Shown: piece after piece, positions 59,629 to 64,000 of the stretch
Position numbering within the stretch: the first letter of the stretch is position 1
Layout: each line of letters opens with the position of its first letter
From: Monocercomonoides exilis PA203
Lineage: Eukaryota; Protista; Preaxostyla
Direction: 5' to 3'
Length of the DNA stretch: 64,000 bases
NCBI GenBank assembly: GCA_001643675.2
Contig: LSRY02000007.1
Span: 1,612,001-1,676,000, forward strand
Position numbers and translations under genes: made by a program
The notes under the pieces: model-generated
Seen by the model: only the letters and a program-made list of their open reading frames with translations
Told to the model about the DNA's origin: nothing
Database searches by the model: none

Positions 59629-62326
59629 ATGGCATCACCTTGTAGAATTTTTTTCCAGTCTTTTAAGGAAAAATTAGAATCGAAAACAAATGCTGCAAAA
59701 TACATAAATAGAAAGGATTACTTCAAAAACTTAAGGGCTAAAAAAATGACAAAGCGTGGATTGGAAAAAAGAAAAAACGGAAGGCCTTCATATCTTTCTG
59801 AAGAAGAAGAAGAAGAGCTTGTTTTAATGATTGTTAGTTGGAGCGACATTACAACTCAACGAACATTCCAAACAATTCCTTTATTGGTTTGTTATTATTT
59901 GTTTAATTTATTTTTTTGATAAATAATAAATGTCAAGGCTTATAGAATAAGAATGAAAAGGAAATCAGAAACAGTTGAGTTTGTTGAAATGCCGAGTGTG
60001 AAGTGGGCAAGAAATTTCGTCAATCGACACAAACAACTGAAAACAATAAACCCAATAAATTTGGATATTGCCCGATTGAGGGCTTCAACTGAAACGAATG
60101 TCAAAACGTTTTTAACAAATCTTCGTCGATTAATGTTCATAAGAAAATATCATCCATCGCTTATTTTGCAACTTGACGAAACAAGTTGCCAAACAGACCA
60201 AAAAACCAAACATAAAAAAGTAGTATCAAAAATGTGTACATTCCTTCCAATGTTGGAAGTCCCTCCATTGAGACATCTGACACTTTTGTTCATCGTCTCT
60301 GCAGATGGGGGTCATCTTCCCATTCATCTCATACTCACTCCGAAGTTTGAAAAAGAAATAAACAAACAATGGTATGATGACAATTTTGTACTACACACAA
60401 CAAAAAAAGGATGGATGACATCAGAATTGTTTGAGGAAATTATATTGAACAATGAAATGGAATACATCACAAAACAACGAAGAAAAATCGAAAAAATAAA
60501 CAATTATCTTCATTCACATCAATCTTCAACTTCAACAATTCATTTGAAACAAGTTAAACCAAAAAGAAATTCAAACTCAATTAACATGACATTCAACTCA
60601 AATATCACGTGTGCAACAAAAGATAAAAAATATTACTCAATTAATTTTGATTCATTATCAATAAATGCATCAAATAATTCTTCACATCTTCCTCCACCCT
60701 CATCCTCATCCTCATCCTCACTCCCACCCTCAGCCTCAGCCTCATCGTCCTCACTCCCACCCTCAGCTTCATCATCCTCACTCCCACCCTCAGCTTCATC
60801 ATCCTCACTCCCACCTTCAGCTTCATCATCCTCACTCCCACCTTCAGCTTCATCATCCTCACTCCCACCCTCAGCTTCATCATCCTCACTCCCACTCTCA
60901 GCCTCATCCTCATCCTCATCATACTTACCTTCAGATTCATCGATCTCTCACTTCAGTAATGTTGTTGGTATCTATTCTCTGGATAATAATGAAGAAGAAG
61001 AGTGTGAATATGAATTAGTGCAATTTGATGAAAATGGATTCATTACAACAAAGGAAGAATTTGAAGAAGATTGGAACAACGGGATATCTTCAACTGAATC
61101 CCAAAGACTTTTCACTCAAACGAATGTTAACGGTGGTAATGAGTGGTGGTTACGTGCAGGATACCTTAATGTGAGTTCTAATCAACAATGTGTCGAAGAA
61201 ATTTCAGACAAAGAAAAGAAAAGATTAAATAGTGAAAATCAAAAAGATCAACATACAATGATTTCGTATGTTTCAAGACTTCCCGCTCTCCTTATTTAGG
61301 ATGGACATTCATCTCGGCGCAACAGACATCTTTGGGAAAAGCTATCGGAGGAAGGTGTGGACGTAGTTGTTCTTCCATCTCACACATCGCATCTACTGCA
61401 ACCTTTGGACCTTGGCCCTAACGGAGTTTTAAAAAAAGAATTAAAACACGTTTACAAAGAACCATCGATTAAAAACCTTCAAACAGACTTTTTAACGTTT
61501 GTCAAATCCATTGCTGATTGCACTTATCCAGCTTTGGCGCCAAGAACAATTCGACACGGGTTTTTTGAAGCTGGAATCACTTCATCAAATATTGATCATG
61601 TCCTATCAAAAACAATAAAGGAACTTCCCCCAAACATTAAACCAACAAAAAAAAACAAACCGATGGTCGATTTCTGGAAAATGTGTGACTTCCCACAATG
61701 TTCTGGAAGAATGGAAGCAATTTGATGAGGAAAAGCTTTTGAACGAGTCATTCAGCAGAGCGACTGGAAGAAAAATGATAGCAAAGCAAAATAAAAAAGT
61801 TCCAGATAAAAAGAATGAAACAAAAATTGAAGAAATTAAACAGACCTCTCATTTTTCTCATGAAGGAAATATTGATTGTACAACAGAAATTTGTAATTCC
61901 ACACAATCTGACAGTGAGGACGAAGAAACAGATTCACAAGATGGTGAGGATTATGTAATCACCATTCCATTATTCAACAATGAAAATAATGGAGATGAAA
62001 ATTTGAACGAAGATGAGGAAATAAAGAAGATTGACGAAAAATTATTCATTGAAGAAAGTTCTGAAAGTTCTGATAATTATGCGACATTAAGGAAAAAAAA
62101 GGAAAGGAAAACCAAAGAAATCAGGCAATTTAAAAAAAGAAGTTGGAAAAAAAAACATTTCTGCGACAGTGAATATGATGAAAAAAATGAAACAACAAAC
62201 ACCGAAGCCACAGATGAGTCTTGTGATAACGTGAAGATTTATTGCACTCGTTCGATTATTGAAATGAAGAAAAAAAGTGAAGATTTTGAATACAGTTTTT
62301 CAGAGGAAACTGAAAACGACTTATAG
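59629..62326 (+). pseudogene. pogo/Tigger-like (CENP-B HTH + DDE_1) transposase with intron, nonsense codon and frameshift
   Basis: GRPSYLSEEEEEEL, PSVKWARNFVNRH, LDETS, LTLLFIVSADG, KGWMTSELF, ALLI*DGHSSR, LPSHTSHLLQPLD. Phase-0 intron 59887-59937 (GTTTGT..AAG). TAG at 61297-61299. Frameshift in an A-run near 61650. Confidence 0.88.
60689..60925 (+). repeat. 27-bp coding minisatellite (LPPSASSSS)n
   Basis: ctcccaccctcagcttcatcatcctca repeated ~8 times with variants. Confidence 0.93.
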
Positions 62327-62339
62327 TTCTGTCAATTGG

Positions 62340-63700
62340 TGTAATTCATATCCGTAATCATTCATATGATATGATTTGAACTCAGCTCCCACATTTGAAA
62401 GCTTATTTATCCTCCTTGATTTTGCTATTGTTGGAATTGAAAATGCTCTTCTTTCATTTTGATCAACTGGAAATGAACGTTTAATGAATCAAATGAATCA
62501 GAAGGTTCTGGAGCAGAACGTTCATCTTAAAGAATATCAATTGTTTTTTCGCTTGTGTACGGAACCTCACCAGAGTCCCAAACAGAAGTTCCTTACAGAA
62601 TTGGCTCTTTGAAATATTGCAATCGAATAACACATCCTTTCCAGCACATTACATTCATTTCTCCTTTTATCGCCTTGCAAGTCAGTGAATTTTCGGAAAT
62701 AATAAAGTCAATAATCGTCGCATCTGCATTGTTCACATTCAGTCCACAGCACGAGTTTAATTTGATTGTGCACCTATTAATCGTTGTTGATTCTCCAAAA
62801 CTGAAATTGTGCCTGCCATATATCTACAAACAAATTCAGCATCTTCTCCTTTACACTCATCTGTGAAAACTCCTCCTGTGTTTGTCTTGATTTCGCATAA
62901 CTCCATTGAGGTTTTTGCTTCAGATAACTTCATCAGCTGTGCATGAATATCAACTGATTGCATTTTGCAAACTCAACTCTTCCCATTGTCACTGTCCCAT
63001 CTATTGTTTGAATCAGCGGATTCGTGGATTTTTTCTTCCATCTCCTTTGATCATCTGGTTTTTCATGACAAGGTCTCCATTCCCACTGAGCAGCACCATC
63101 GAACATGTTGCGCTCGGGGCACTTTCATTAAATGAGTCCAGCTCTAACTTCCCTGTTGAAATGTTGAAAAAAATACACATCAGGAGCCATTTCCGGAATA
63201 ACTTATGCTGCTTCAACAAGCTTGTCCAATTTTCCATCTTTCAATATAGTTTTTGCACCAACATTAATTCCCGTATCCGACACTATTCCAAAAAGAGAAG
63301 CTGATCCTATAACTATCACGGAAATCGTTGTTTCTCAAGACTTTTGATCCATACTATTCTTTATTGATTGGCAACCCATTAAGCTCAATTCGCAATCGGC
63401 CATATCCTCGCCTCTGCACGAAACACGAAATTCCATATCGTAGCTGCAAATCGCACTCCATCCATTTTGATCAAAAGAAACAGATTTCTTTACAACATTC
63501 ACACAGATTCCATCTGGTGTATTGCTTTGGCTACGACATTCAAAAAACAACTCATTCTCCAGCTGATAATCATCAATATTTTTTGCATCGTGAGCTTTTC
63601 CGCAACTGAGGAGCAATAATCAAATGTTGCATTCTTGTTTTCTTCTTTGATAATATCATCACTCTCTTCACATAGAAAATAAAGAACTCCTCCGTCTCCA
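62340..63700 (-). pseudogene. decayed, distantly related beta-helix surface-protein gene
   Basis: Fragments EFVCRYMAGTISV, CGLNVNNADATIIDFIISEN and MNVMCWKG parallel the order CRWEGSLVDV, GGVAMSGGNMIIEKGEFIGN, RNIICLDSG in the giant genes. Multiple stops. Confidence 0.45.
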
Positions 63701-64000
63701 TTTTAAGCGTTAAACTGTACAAAAGACATTTCAAATGAAAGCATTTCGTCTTTTCGAATTTTAAATAAACCTCCTACATCCTACTCTTCAACACATTTTG
63801 AAAATGGACATTGAAAAACAATATGCTAGAATTTGCTATTGCCATCATTTGTAATTCGTGAATTGGCAGATGAAAGAACTGAAGAATGCGTAGAAAATTT
63901 GGTTGGATAGCATTCATTTCATTCGTTTTCCTAATAATTTCTTTATCTATTCACTCTTCCGAGTGTTTCAAAATTGCATTCAGAAATCACAAACAGCTTG

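Noticed and set aside
61297-61299. TAG as Gln (TAR-reassigned code used by some oxymonads) or as programmed readthrough
   Set aside because: Conserved genes here terminate at TAA/TAG at their expected C-termini. The position normally holds a hydrophobic residue (TTG to TAG is one change). Decayed ORFs also contain TGA stops and frameshifts.

Overview
AT-rich eukaryotic DNA with short GT-AG introns and the standard genetic code (conserved genes end in TAA/TAG). Gene content and style best fit an anaerobic oxymonad (Monocercomonoides-like); this is an inference, not a database result. Left part: a compact minus-strand cluster (cathepsin B, a vitellogenin/LLTP-N-like secreted protein, a 5-intron steroid 5-alpha-reductase, a multi-intron BOP1/Erb1) with a foldback element and a decayed Merlin transposase. 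The window is dominated by a ~9.5 kb segmental duplication (~16885-32078 including an insertion, and ~49165-58722). Each copy carries an intronless ~2640-aa surface receptor (signal peptide, beta-helix modules, one TM, C-lobe-only pseudokinase). The two copies are mosaics: a strongly diverged ~1 kb cassette lies between two almost G-free, C-rich DNA blocks, while the TM region is nucleotide-identical. This is the best candidate here for an undescribed receptor-diversification system. Copy 1 is followed by a structurally complete but decayed DIRS retrotransposon (ITRs plus ICR; the empty site is visible in copy 2). Also present: a 497-bp-arm inverted repeat enclosing a receptor-gene fragment, a 4.4-kb short-TIR element with cargo and poly(A), a pogo-like transposase with an intron and a ~270-aa insertion, and several pseudogenes.
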